Notes: generated from the sequence alone by a model not told the origin. Numbered from the stretch's first letter, positions 22,745 through 31,390 are shown. The stretch: DNA of 64,000 nt from an uncultured Spirochaetota bacterium (GCA_963745745.1 CAVUYS010000006.1:4503-68502), one strand, 5' to 3'. Program-made: numbers and translations.

Positions 22745-23220
22745 CCTCTTTCCACTGCCATGATCTTGTTGACCCGCGCCCAGTGCCTTCCGCCGGCGAA
22801 AGGGGTTTGCAGCCAGGTCTTGACGATCGCGGCCAGCGCGTCCGCGCTGTGCAGCGGCCCGCCCAGGGTGAGCAGGTTGGCGTTGTTGTGCTCCCGGCTG
22901 TTCACCGCCGTTTTCTGGTCGTAGCACATCGCCGCCCGGATGCCCTTCACCTTGTTGCAGACCATGCAGGAGCCGATGCCCGCCCCGTCGATCATGATCC
23001 CCCGGTCGCAGTCGCCGGAGGCGACCTTGCGGGCCACCTTCAGCGCGAAGTCCGGGTAGTCCACGCTGTCCTTGCTGTGGGTGCCCACGTCCACGACCGT
23101 GTAGCCCAGGGTCTGCAGGTACTTCTCCAGGAATTCCTTGGCCTCGAAGCCGCCGTGGTCCGAGCCCAGGGCCACCCGCCGCACCGGCCCTGCCTCAGGG
23201 GTCGCCGCATCCGCGCTCAC
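22741..23220 (-). CDS. rpiB: RpiB/LacA/LacB family sugar-phosphate isomerase
   Basis: 159-aa ORF with GSDHGGF, GIMIDGAGIGSCMVCNKVKGIRAA, REHNNANLL and GGRHWARV. GTG start overlaps the upstream BMC-P stop. Confidence 0.85.
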   Translation of the reverse strand: MSADAATPEAGPVRRVALGSDHGGFEAKEFLEKYLQTLGYTVVDVGTHSKDSVDYPDFALKVARKVASGDCDRGIMIDGAGIGSCMVCNKVKGIRAAMCYDQKTAVNSREHNNANLLTLGGPLHSADALAAIVKTWLQTPFAGGRHWARVNKIMAVERG

Positions 23221-23495
23221 TGGCCGCCTCCGCTCTGGATGCGGTCCACGATGCCCACCACCACGGTGCGCACCGCGGCCATGGAGTTGCCCAGGATCAT
23301 CCGGCTGGAGTTGCCTTCGTCGATGATCAGCACCGTGTCCCCCTCCCCCGCCTGCACCGTATCCAGGCCCACCATGCTCTTGCCCTTGGGCTTTCCTTCC
23401 GGGTCCACGGGCTGCAGCACCAGCAGCTTGTGACCCTGCAGGTCGCTGGACTTCATCGTGGCCACCACCGTGCCGATCACGCGGGCCAGGGTCAT
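23217..23495 (-). CDS. BMC-P pentamer vertex protein (EutN/CcmL family), paralog P4a
   Basis: MTLARVIGTVVATMK...LLVLQPVD...DTVQAGEGDTVLIIDEGNSSR...VVGIVD, typical EutN/PduN length and motifs. Confidence 0.9.
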   Translation of the reverse strand: MTLARVIGTVVATMKSSDLQGHKLLVLQPVDPEGKPKGKSMVGLDTVQAGEGDTVLIIDEGNSSRMILGNSMAAVRTVVVGIVDRIQSGGGQ

Positions 23496-23755
23496 GCGTC
23501 CACCCGGTCCACGATGGCCATCACGGTGGCATCCGAGGTGTTGAACCAGTCCGTCAGGGCCAGGGCCGCCTCGCGGCCGCCTTCCCAGAGCACCAGGTCC
23601 CCGGGGCCGGCCTGCACGGTGTCACAGGCGATGAGCGCCTCCCCGTAGGCCTGCCCTCCCTCGTCCACCGGCTGCAGCAGCAGGAGCTTCACCCCTTCCA
23701 GGGCCGGGTCCTTGGCCGTGCACATCACCGAGCCGATGATCTTCCCCAGCTTCAT
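23492..23755 (-). CDS. BMC-P pentamer vertex protein (EutN/CcmL family), paralog P3a
   Basis: MKLGKIIGSVMCTAKDP...LLLLQPVD...CDTVQAGPGDLVL...VMAIVDRVD. 4-nt overlap with P4a. Confidence 0.9.
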   Translation of the reverse strand: MKLGKIIGSVMCTAKDPALEGVKLLLLQPVDEGGQAYGEALIACDTVQAGPGDLVLWEGGREAALALTDWFNTSDATVMAIVDRVDA

Positions 23756-23765
23756 GGGCCGCCTC

Positions 23766-25213
23766 TCACACGATCCGGAAATAGTCGATCAGCGCGCAGC
23801 GCCGCTCCCGGCTGAAGGTGCGTGGCCCGGGTCAGCCCTTCGCCCGTCGGGCTGGCGATGGTCCAGCTGGTGAACCCCGCCCCGCCGAAGCCCAGCCCGT
23901 CGTAGGCCGAGCCGTTCTTCACGAACAGCGAGCAGTTCATCACCTTGGCCATCTTCGACAGCTTCTCGATGTTGCGGGAATGCATCACGGCCGTGTGCCG
24001 GAAGCCGTGCTCGCAGGCCACCGCCAGCTCGATGGCCTCGTCCACGTTGGCCAGGCGCACCAGCGGCAGCACCGGCATGAGCTGCTCGGTCCAGACCAGC
24101 GGGTGGTCGCGCCCCACCTCGCACAGCAGCAGGCGCGTGCCGGCGGGCACCTCCACGCCGATGGCCCTGGCGATGACCCCCGCGTCCTTGCCCACGAAGT
24201 CCTTGTTGGCCGCCCCTTCCCGTCCCGGGCCTCCCGCCTCCTTGATCACCAGGCGGGTCACCGCCGCGGTCTGTTCGGCGTTGAGCTCGAAGGCCCCGTG
24301 CTTCTTCATCTCCGCCTTGAGCTCGTCGGCGATCGAGGAGACGGCCAGTACTTCCTTCTCGTCGATGCAGATCACGTTGTTGTCCAGGCTGGCCCCGCTC
24401 ACGATGTCCCGGCCGGCCTTGACCAGATCCGCGGTCTCGTCCACCACCACCGGCGGGTTGCCCGGTCCGGCGGCGATCGACCTTCTTGGCGCTCTTCATC
24501 GCCGCCCGCACCACCGCCGGGCCCCCGGTCACCACCAGCAGGTTGACCAGGGGGCTCTCGAAGAGCTTCTGGGCCGTGTCGATCGTGGGCTCGGCCACCG
24601 TGCACAGCACGTTGGCCGGTCCCCCGGCCCGCTGGATGGCCTCGTTCAGGATGCTCACCGTGCGGGCGCTCACCTTGCGGGCCGCCGGGTGGGCGTTGAA
24701 GACCACCGCGTTTCCCGCCGCCACCATGCCGATGGCGTTGTTGAAGATGGTCTCCGTCGGGTTGGTGCTCGGGGTGATGGAGCCCACCACCCCGTAGGGA
24801 GCCCGCTCCACCAGGGTCAGGCCGTGGTCGTCCGTGAAGCTGACCGGCACCAGGTCCTCCACCCCGGGGGTGGCGGTGATGGCGATGCGGTTCTTGAGCA
24901 CCTTGTCCTCGGCCCGGCCCATGCCGGTCTCCTCGACCGCCAGGCGGGCGATCTCCTCCAGGTGGGCCAGCCCCGTTTCCCGCATGGCGGCGATCATCCG
25001 GCGGCGGGTTTCCAGGGTGCACCCCGCGAGGTCCTCGAACGCCTTGCGGGCGGCGCGCACCGCGGACTCGATGTCCCCGAACACGCCCGCCTGCCCGGCC
25101 AGTGCCCCACCCTGCGCGCTGGCGGTCACCGGCGCAGCAGCTCCTCCGGGAGTCTGCAGCCTGGCCACCACCTGCTCCACCAGGGCCCGGATCGCAGCCT
25201 CGTTTACTTCCAT
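23766..25213 (-). pseudogene. CoA-acylating aldehyde dehydrogenase (PduP/EutE-like) with N-terminal encapsulation peptide; two frameshifts as assembled
   Basis: MEVNEAAIRALVEQVVARLQTPGG... then the ALDH core (…PYGVVGSITPSTNPTETI…, …LDNNVICIDEKEV… with the catalytic Cys, …EQLMPVLP…). Shifts are near 24478 and 23823. The restored C-terminus …TFSRERRCALIDYFRIV ends at TGA 23766-23768. Confidence 0.85.
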
Positions 25214-25794
25214 ACGCCCATCCCCTCATGCGGCAGGTCCAGCACGTGCTCCCGGATGTCCGGGTGGGGATTGGCCAGGAGCACCTCCCGGCACAAGAGG
25301 CCCTTGTCCGAAACCAGGCGCACTCCGGCGGCCAGGCCCGCCTCCACCTCGTGGATCCTGCCCATCAGCTTCACCGTGCTCTTGCCGCCCATGCCGCCGG
25401 CCAGGCGGATCTCCACCACCCGCACCGCGGAGGCCTTGGCCGCCGCGTCCGCCGCCTCGATGCCGGCGGACACCGAGAGGCTTTCGATGATGCCCAGCGC
25501 GTCCCATTCCCCGGCGCGCGCTTCCCCGCGCAGAGCCGGGATCACCTGCGGGTCCAGGTTCTGGATGAAAAGCTCGTCCACCAGCTCGGCGTTGCGCCCG
25601 GTCTTGCCGGCGGCCAGCGAGGCCTCCACCGAGGCCACGTCCCCCGTGATCAGGATCACCAGGCGCCCGGGCTCCACCAGGCGCGTGGTGATCACCGCCA
25701 CCGGCGCGGCCTTGACCATGGCGTCCAGGGCCTGCACCCCCAGCGCGATGCTGGAGTACTCCTGCACCCCGATCACGTCGTACTGCCTGCTCAT
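25204..25794 (-). CDS. BMC-T shell protein (two tandem canonical BMC domains)
   Basis: 196 aa. Two BMC-domain halves (…IGVQEYSSIALGVQALDAMVKAAPV…ITGDVASVEASLAAG… and …ALGIIESLSVSAGIEAADAAAKASAV…GRIHEVEAGLAAG…). Confidence 0.8.
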   Translation of the reverse strand: MSRQYDVIGVQEYSSIALGVQALDAMVKAAPVAVITTRLVEPGRLVILITGDVASVEASLAAGKTGRNAELVDELFIQNLDPQVIPALRGEARAGEWDALGIIESLSVSAGIEAADAAAKASAVRVVEIRLAGGMGGKSTVKLMGRIHEVEAGLAAGVRLVSDKGLLCREVLLANPHPDIREHVLDLPHEGMGVWK

Positions 25795-26078
25795 TTGCGG
25801 AACACCACTTCGCCGTGCTCGTCCACCAGGTCCACGATCCCCGAGATCAACGCGTCCACCGGCTTCTTGTCGCTGAATTGCATCTGCCGCGCCGAAGGCC
25901 CTTGGGTCACCATGACCAGCTCCCCCGCCCCGGCGCCGATGCCGTCCAGGGCCACCAGGTAGTCCCGGCGCCCCCGGCCCCGCTGGTCGCAGAGCTCCAC
26001 CAGCAGGAATTTTGCGCCGGGGATGCCGTCGCTGCGGCGCGTGGCCACGACCGTGCCGGCCACCCTGGCGAAGATCAT
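25791..26078 (-). CDS. BMC-P pentamer vertex protein (EutN/CcmL family), paralog P2a
   Basis: [15 protein letters not shown]...FLLVE...[17 protein letters not shown]...[13 protein letters not shown] overlap with the downstream BMC-T. Confidence 0.9.
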   Translation of the reverse strand: MIFARVAGTVVATRRSDGIPGAKFLLVELCDQRGRGRRDYLVALDGIGAGAGELVMVTQGPSARQMQFSDKKPVDALISGIVDLVDEHGEVVFRK

Positions 26079-26374
26079 GCCTGGTCCTTCTGGTAGACCG
26101 TTCGGCCGTCCAGCTCCACGGTGTCCACGATGGCCACGATGGCCGCGTCGCTGGGCTTGCCGTCGGTGACCGCGGTCAGCCGGGCGCTGGAGCCGGCCAC
26201 GTAGAAGACCACCTCCCCGGGCCCGGCGCCGACCGTGTCCATGGCCACCACGTAGTCCTTCTTGCCGGCCATGGTGGCGGGGTCGAGCTTTTCCAGCAGA
26301 AGGAACTTGATCCCCTCGATCCTGGGCTCCTTGCGCGTGGATACGACCGTCCCGGTCACTCGGGCCAGGAGCAT
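26075..26374 (-). CDS. BMC-P pentamer vertex protein (EutN/CcmL family), paralog P1a
   Basis: [17 protein letters not shown]...FLLLEKLD...[20 protein letters not shown]...IVAIVDTVE. 99 aa. Confidence 0.9.
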   Translation of the reverse strand: MLLARVTGTVVSTRKEPRIEGIKFLLLEKLDPATMAGKKDYVVAMDTVGAGPGEVVFYVAGSSARLTAVTDGKPSDAAIVAIVDTVELDGRTVYQKDQA

Positions 26375-26375
26375 T

Positions 26376-26689
26376 CTAGGCCTTCTTCTTGGCCGCGGCC
26401 TGCTGGCGTCCCAGGGGCAGGGCCTCGTCCACGTTGCCGTGCGGCCGCGGGATGATGTGCACCGACACGATCTCCCCCACCCGCTCGGCGGCCCGCTGCC
26501 CGCGTCCACCGCCGCCCGCACGGCCGCCACGTCCCCGCGCACGATCGCCGTCACGTAGCCCCCGCCGATCTTCTCGAAGCCGATCAGCTCCACCTTCGCC
26601 GCCTTCACCATCGCGTCCGAGGCTTCCACCATCGCCGCAAACCCGCGGCACTCGATCATCCCCAAGGCGTCCGAATACACGCTCTCCAT
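26376..26689 (-). pseudogene. BMC-H hexamer shell protein (PduA/EutM-like), one frameshift as assembled
   Basis: [75 protein letters not shown], then off-frame. The C-terminus [29 protein letters not shown]... is in another frame. A G is missing relative to the locus-B copy at about 26500. Confidence 0.85.
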
Positions 26690-26701
26690 GTCTCCTTCCT
26701 C

Positions 26702-27347
26702 CTATTCTTTCTGTCCCCCGGCCTCGCGCCCCGACAGGCCCGCCAGCCGGCTCTCCACGATTTCCTTGCTCACCAGCACTTCCGCCTCGTCCCCCGCGAT
26801 GTACACCCGCCCAAAGCTGCCAAACCCCGACACGTCGATGATGTTGATGTGCGAGGTCTTCTCCGCCTCGTTGGCCGCGTAGAAGGCGTACCCCGCCGGC
26901 TCCATCTCCAGCACGTACAGCGTGTCCCCCCGCAGCACCATGTTCCCGTGGCGCACCTTGTTGATCAGCTGCGCGTGGTGGTCGGAGATGTTCTTGATCA
27001 GCTGGCTGGTCAGCACCTGGGGCTTCATGCCGGTCCTCTTCCCTGGCCCCCAGCTCCTTCAGCATCGCCGCCCCCGCCTGCCGCGCGTCGGCCTGGCTGT
27101 CGGAGTGCACCTCCAGCAGCCCGAACAGCCGCTCCACGATCTGGATGCCCGGGGTCACGTTGGTGGCCTTCAGGGCGATGTCGGTGAAGCGGTTGATCTC
27201 GATGCCCGGGGAGATCTCCACCACCATGCAGGCCTGCTGGGCCACCGGGTAGTAGCCCTTGGAGGTGGTGGCCAGAAAGGAGGCCATCTGGAACTGCAGG
27301 CTGTCCAGGAAGATGTAGGTCCTCAGGTCGATCCGGTTCTCCGCCAT
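26702..27347 (-). pseudogene. permuted two-domain BMC-T shell protein (PduB/EutL-like topology), one frameshift as assembled
   Basis: Same protein as the intact 214-aa copy at 32330-32974 (about 96% aa identity by manual count). There is an extra C relative to that copy near 27030. Each half carries …E(I/M)xPxxxxxxxxxxAxKxxxVxxxxxxxxGxxGxLxxxGxxxxV…. Confidence 0.75.
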
Positions 27348-27348
27348 C

Positions 27349-27645
27349 TCACTCCCCCTTGCCGCCCAAAGGCAGCGCCGCGTCCACGTTGGCATGCGGC
27401 CGCGGAATGATGTGCACCGACACCACCTCGCCCACCCGCTCGGCGGCCCGCTGCCCGGCGTCCAGCGCCGCGCGCACCGCCGCCACGTCGCCGCGCACGA
27501 TCGCCGTCACGTAGCCCCCGCCGGTCTTCTCGTAGCGCTTCAGCTCCACCCTGGCCGCCTTGACCATCGCGTCGGAAGCTTCCACCATGGCCGCGAATCC
27601 GCGGCACTCGATCATGCCCAGCGCCTGGCCCAACGCCTCTTCCAT
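27349..27645 (-). CDS. BMC-H hexamer shell protein (PduA/EutM-like), first gene of locus A
   Basis: [73 protein letters not shown]...VHIIPRPH. 98 aa. Confidence 0.9.
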   Translation of the reverse strand: MEEALGQALGMIECRGFAAMVEASDAMVKAARVELKRYEKTGGGYVTAIVRGDVAAVRAALDAGQRAAERVGEVVSVHIIPRPHANVDAALPLGGKGE

Positions 27646-27806
27646 ATCCCTGCCCTCCTGCTTCTGGCTGTTAGAAAATTCACACCTCTTCGAGATATCG
27701 TAAGAAAGCTAACACTCCTAAGCCAAAATATCGGCCAAAATTATCATTAATGGCCCAGTATTGCACCAAAAATTTCAGTTGTCAATACATTGTTGTTAAG
27801 ATAGGA

Positions 27807-27812
27807 TATAAT
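27807..27812 (+). promoter_or_regulatory. consensus -10 box TATAAT placed 6 nt before the DeoR start codon (leaderless-type arrangement)
   Basis: TATAAT 27807-27812 and ATG 27819, with no Shine-Dalgarno in between (CAGACG). Lies in the AT-rich divergent region 27646-27818. Confidence 0.4.
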
Positions 27813-27818
27813 CAGACG

Positions 27819-28595
27819 ATGGGGAAACAAGAGCGCATCCAGCAGATCGTGGAGACCCTGCGGTCCCAGGATCTGGGCGTGTCCTCGATCCGCGAGCTGG
27901 CCGGCCGCCTGGCCGTGTCCGAGATGACCATCCGCCGGGACCTGGAGCTGCTGGCCCGCGACAACGTGGTGCGCCTGGTGCACGCCGGGGCGGTGCTGGT
28001 TTCCCCGGAGGCCGCTGCCCCGCGCTACTCGCTGGCGGAGGCCGGCGCGCACATGGCCGAGGAGAAGCGCCGGATCGGCCGAAGGGCCGCCGCGCTGATC
28101 CAGCCCCAGGACATCGTGATCGTGGACTCCGGCTCCACCACCGAAAGCCTGGTCAACGCCATCCCGGACGGCCTGCCCCTGACCCTGATCTGCTTCTCCC
28201 TGAACATCCTGGTGGCGGCGCACCGCAACAAGGAATGCCGGATCGTGTTCGCCGGAGGAGAGCTGCACGAGAACACCCTGATGTTCGAGAGCCCCGAAGG
28301 GGCCCAGCTCATCCGCCGCTCCCGGGCCAACAAGGCCTTCCTTTCGGCCAGCGGCGTGAGCGACCGGTTGGGGGTCACCTGCGCCAACTCCTACGAGGTG
28401 GAAACCAAGAAGGCGGCCATCGCCTCCTCCCTGCAGCGCATCCTGGTGACCGACTCCAGCAAGTTCGGGCGCATCCACCCTTCCCACTTCGCCGAACTGC
28501 AGGACTTCTCCGCCCTGGTCACGGACGCGGGCCTGCCCGCGGAAAGCGCCGAGTTCCTCCGCGCCAACGGCATCCAGATTCTTCTCGCCGAGTGA
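27819..28595 (+). CDS. DeoR family transcriptional regulator, divergent from BMC locus A
   Basis: MGKQERIQQIVETLRSQDLGVSSIRELAGRLAVSEMTIRRDLELL (HTH_DeoR) and a DeoR C-terminal sensor domain (IVIVDSGSTT, LVTDSSKFG). Confidence 0.85.
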   Translation: MGKQERIQQIVETLRSQDLGVSSIRELAGRLAVSEMTIRRDLELLARDNVVRLVHAGAVLVSPEAAAPRYSLAEAGAHMAEEKRRIGRRAAALIQPQDIVIVDSGSTTESLVNAIPDGLPLTLICFSLNILVAAHRNKECRIVFAGGELHENTLMFESPEGAQLIRRSRANKAFLSASGVSDRLGVTCANSYEVETKKAAIASSLQRILVTDSSKFGRIHPSHFAELQDFSALVTDAGLPAESAEFLRANGIQILLAE

Positions 28596-28612
28596 CGCCC
28601 CGGTAAGCTGTT

Positions 28613-29482
28613 TCAAGCGACCTCCAGGCGGTAGGTGCTGGTGAAGGTGCCTCCGGCCTCCAGGCGCAGGATGCCTTCCTTGGCCGACAGCTCGCCGGTG
28701 GCGCCGGGGCTGTCCGGCAGGCCGAACCAGGGCTCGAGGCAAAGGAACGGGCAGCGCCCCGGCTTGGCCCAGACCCCCAGGTAGGGGGCCCCTCCGGTAA
28801 TCACCGAAACGCTGCGGGGGTTCTGGCTGTTGCGGATGGAAACGATCCCGGAGGCCGGGTGCTTGAGGATCAGCACCCCGCGCTCGAACAGGTCCGGGCG
28901 CAGGAAGATCTGCCGGCTGGTGTCGAACACCGGGGCGGTCTGGTCCAGCATCAGGCCGTTGTCGAAAAAGTGCCTTTCCAGATTCTCCTCATCGCCGAAG
29001 TGCAGGTAGTAGTTCTCCAGCTGCCCTCCGGCGAAGGGCACCCGGATGGCGGGGTGCGAGCCGATGGAAAAGAGCATCTCCGCGGAGCCGATGTTGGTCA
29101 CCTCGTACTGCACCGCCAGCCCTGAGTCCTGCACCAGGAAGGTGACGCGCAGCCGGAAATCGAAGGGGTACTGCCGGCGGGTTTCCTCGCCGGAGCTCAG
29201 TTCCAGCGCGACGCTGGAGGCTCCCGCGGCGGCCCGCGTGAACAGGCTGCGGCGGGCGAAGCCGTGCTGCGGCAGGCTGTACTCGGCGCCCCGGTGGGTA
29301 TACTTGTTGTTCTTCAGCCCGCCGACGTTCGGGAACAGGATGGGGGCGGAGCCGCTCCACCAGGTCTGGTCCCCCGGCCAGATGTACTCCGTGCCCGATT
29401 GCCGGTCCCTCAGGCTCTTCAGCTCCGCGCCCATCTCCTCGATGCGGGCCTCGAAGCGCTCCCCGGCGATGACGACGGCCAC
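28613..29482 (-). CDS. aldose 1-epimerase (galactose mutarotase-like) family protein, last gene of BMC locus B
   Basis: GTG 29482 gives MAVVIAGERFEARIEEMGAELKSLRD...PILFPNVGGL...LPQHGFAR...SIGSHPA...PFLCLEPW, typical of the YihR/LacX-like epimerase family. Confidence 0.8.
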   Translation of the reverse strand: MAVVIAGERFEARIEEMGAELKSLRDRQSGTEYIWPGDQTWWSGSAPILFPNVGGLKNNKYTHRGAEYSLPQHGFARRSLFTRAAAGASSVALELSSGEETRRQYPFDFRLRVTFLVQDSGLAVQYEVTNIGSAEMLFSIGSHPAIRVPFAGGQLENYYLHFGDEENLERHFFDNGLMLDQTAPVFDTSRQIFLRPDLFERGVLILKHPASGIVSIRNSQNPRSVSVITGGAPYLGVWAKPGRCPFLCLEPWFGLPDSPGATGELSAKEGILRLEAGGTFTSTYRLEVA

Positions 29483-29499
29483 AGCAGACTCGGTACGGC

Positions 29500-30340
29500 T
29501 CAGTACGCGGACTTGCCCACGGCGCCGGTGACGATGGCCACCCCGGCCACCGCGCCCAGCCGGGTGGCGCCCGCGTTGATCAGGATCATGGACTTCTCGA
29601 AGGAGCGCACCCCGCCGGAGGCCTTCACGCCCATGCCCGAGCCCACGGTCCGGCGCATCAGGGCGATGTCCTCCGGGGTGGCCTCCCCGCCTCCGAAGCC
29701 GGTGCAGGTCTTCACGAAGTCGGCGCCGGCCTTTTTGGCCAGCTCGCAGGCCAGCACCTTCTCCTCCTGGCTGAGCAGGGCGGTCTCGATGATCACCTTC
29801 AGGATCGTGGTGCCGTGGCTGGCCCGCCGCACGGCCCGGATGTCCTCTTCGACATACTTCAAATCGCGCGACTTCAGGGCCCCGATGTTCAGCACCATGT
29901 CCAGCTCCGAGGCGCCGTCCTCCAGGGCGCCGCGCCCTTCGAAGGCCTTGGCGCGGGAGGACATGGCCCCCAGGGGGAAGCCGATCACCGAGCACACCTT
30001 CACGCCGGTTCCGCGCAGCTTGCGGGCCACATAGGCCACCCGGCAGGAGTTGACGCACACGGAGAAGAAGCGGTACTGCAGCGCCTCGGCGCACAGCTTG
30101 TCGAAGGCCTCCAGCGGCGCCTCGGGGCGCAGCATGGTGTGGTCGATGTACTTGGCCAGCTCCGCCGGGGACAGGGCCGCAACCGCGGCGGGCCCCGCTG
30201 CCGGCCTCGCGACGGCCCGCGCCGGCGGAGGCCTGGCCCGCGCCGGCCAGCTTGGCCATGACCTCGCCCACGATGCGCTGCACCAGCTCCTTCTGATCCA
30301 TGTCCCCGATGATCTTCCCGATCAAATCCTTCTGCTCCAT
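29500..30340 (-). pseudogene. deoC: deoxyribose-phosphate aldolase (DERA), second copy, with N-terminal encapsulation-peptide-like extension; one frameshift in the linker as assembled
   Basis: ATG 30340 gives MEQKDLIGKIIGDMDQKELVQRIVGEVMAKLAGAGQASAGAG. The catalytic domain (…[42 protein letters not shown]…DFVKTCTGF…) is in the +1 frame, ending at TGA 29500-29502. The shift is somewhere in 30170-30225. Confidence 0.85.
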
Positions 30341-30344
30341 GAAG

Positions 30345-30848
30345 CTAGATCCCTCCTCGCTCGATCGACATCAGCTTGTTCACGCGCGCCCAGTGCCGCC
30401 CGCCCGCGAAGCGGGTCTCCAGCCAGAGCCGGGCCAGCTCGCAGAGCTGGTCCCCGCTGTGCAGGGGCCCGCCCAGGGCGAGCACGTTGGCGTTGAAGTG
30501 TTCCCGGCTCATCACCACGGTGCGCGGGTCGTGGCAGGCGGCCGCCCGGATGCCCTTCACCTTGTTGCAGGCCATGGCCGAGGCAATGCCGGCCATGTCC
30601 ACCACGATGCCCCGCTCGCAGTCCCCGGAGGCCACCTTGCGGGCCACCTTCACGGCGATGTCGGGGTAGTCCACGCTCTCCTTGCCATGGGTGCCCACGT
30701 CGCTCACCTTGTAGCCGAGGGTCTGCAGGTACAGTTTGAGCACCTCCTTGCCCTCGAAACCGCGGTGGTCGGCGCCCAGGGCCACGTGCTGCACCTGGTC
30801 CGGACCGCTGCCGGCCTGTTCCCCGCCGCCCAAGCTCACCATGCTCAC
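30345..30848 (-). CDS. rpiB: RpiB/LacA/LacB family sugar-phosphate isomerase, divergent second copy
   Basis: 167 aa with GADHRGF, GIVVDMAGIASAMACNKVKGIRAA, REHFNANVL and GGRHWARV. About two-thirds identical to the locus-A copy by eye. Confidence 0.8.
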   Translation of the reverse strand: MSMVSLGGGEQAGSGPDQVQHVALGADHRGFEGKEVLKLYLQTLGYKVSDVGTHGKESVDYPDIAVKVARKVASGDCERGIVVDMAGIASAMACNKVKGIRAAACHDPRTVVMSREHFNANVLALGGPLHSGDQLCELARLWLETRFAGGRHWARVNKLMSIERGGI

Positions 30849-31123
30849 GCGTCCTTTCCCGTTCGGATCTGGTCCACGATGGCGAAGATCGTAGTGCGCA
30901 CGGCCGCCTTGGGGGCGCCCAGGATCTGGCGGCTGGAGTTGCCCTCGTCGATCAGCATCACGGTGTCCCCCTCCCCGGCCTGCACGGTGTCGCAGGCGAT
31001 CACCGTCCGGCCCGCGGGGTTTCCGTACGGGTCCAGCGGCTGCACCAGCAGCAGCTTCCGGCCCCGCAGATCCGGGATCTTCATCGTGGAAACCACCGTG
31101 CCCGTCACCCGCCCCAGGGTCAT
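30845..31123 (-). CDS. BMC-P pentamer vertex protein, paralog P4b
   Basis: [15 protein letters not shown]...LLLVQPLD...CDTVQAGEGDTVMLIDEGNSSR...FAIVD. Counterpart of P4a. Confidence 0.9.
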   Translation of the reverse strand: MTLGRVTGTVVSTMKIPDLRGRKLLLVQPLDPYGNPAGRTVIACDTVQAGEGDTVMLIDEGNSSRQILGAPKAAVRTTIFAIVDQIRTGKDA

Positions 31124-31383
31124 GCGTCCACCCGATCCACGATGCCCATCACCGCCGCATCCGCGGGATTGAAGGAGTCCGGCAGGGTCATGGCCGCCTC
31201 GCGGCCGCCCTCCCACAGCACCAGGTCGCCCGGGCCGGCCTGCACCGCGTCGCAGGCGATCAGGGGGTCCCCGTAAGCCCGCCCCCCCTCGTCCACCGGC
31301 TGCAGGAGCAGCAGCCTGGCCCCTTCCAATCCGGGGTCCTTGACGGTGCACATCACCGAGCCGACGATCCTGCCCAGCTTCAT
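31120..31383 (-). CDS. BMC-P pentamer vertex protein, paralog P3b
   Basis: MKLGRIVGSVMCTVKDP...LLLLQPVD...CDAVQAGPGDLVL...VMGIVDRVD. 69 of 87 residues identical to P3a by manual count. Confidence 0.9.
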   Translation of the reverse strand: MKLGRIVGSVMCTVKDPGLEGARLLLLQPVDEGGRAYGDPLIACDAVQAGPGDLVLWEGGREAAMTLPDSFNPADAAVMGIVDRVDA

Positions 31384-31390
31384 GCCGGTC

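Larger units (their letters stand above)
26376..27347 (-). repeat. segmental duplicate, copy A (BMC-H + permuted BMC-T genes)
   Basis: Aligns end to end with 31991-32974. Roughly 95% nucleotide identity by eye over the stretches compared, with small indels in the Ala/Lys tail and the intergenic spacer. Confidence 0.85.

Noticed and set aside
22568-22927. 119-aa track ORF overlapping the rpiB 3' end
   Set aside because: Only its last ~58 codons (from MKRMDTREMVEK…) are meaningful. They are the N-terminal extension of deoC. The upstream part is an off-frame reading of rpiB.
22590-30230. Programmed +1 ribosomal frameshifting in the two deoC genes
   Set aside because: No shared slippery or shifty sequence exists between the two linkers. 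The window is full of comparable indels, and copy A is explained by a single extra base at a GG/CC step. Retained only as something to verify.
28613-30340. 575-aa track ORF that looks like a DERA-epimerase fusion protein
   Set aside because: Its middle third is an Arg/Gly/Pro-rich off-frame reading of deoC. The recognisable DERA sequence is in another frame and ends at TGA 29500-29502. The epimerase has its own GTG start at 29482.
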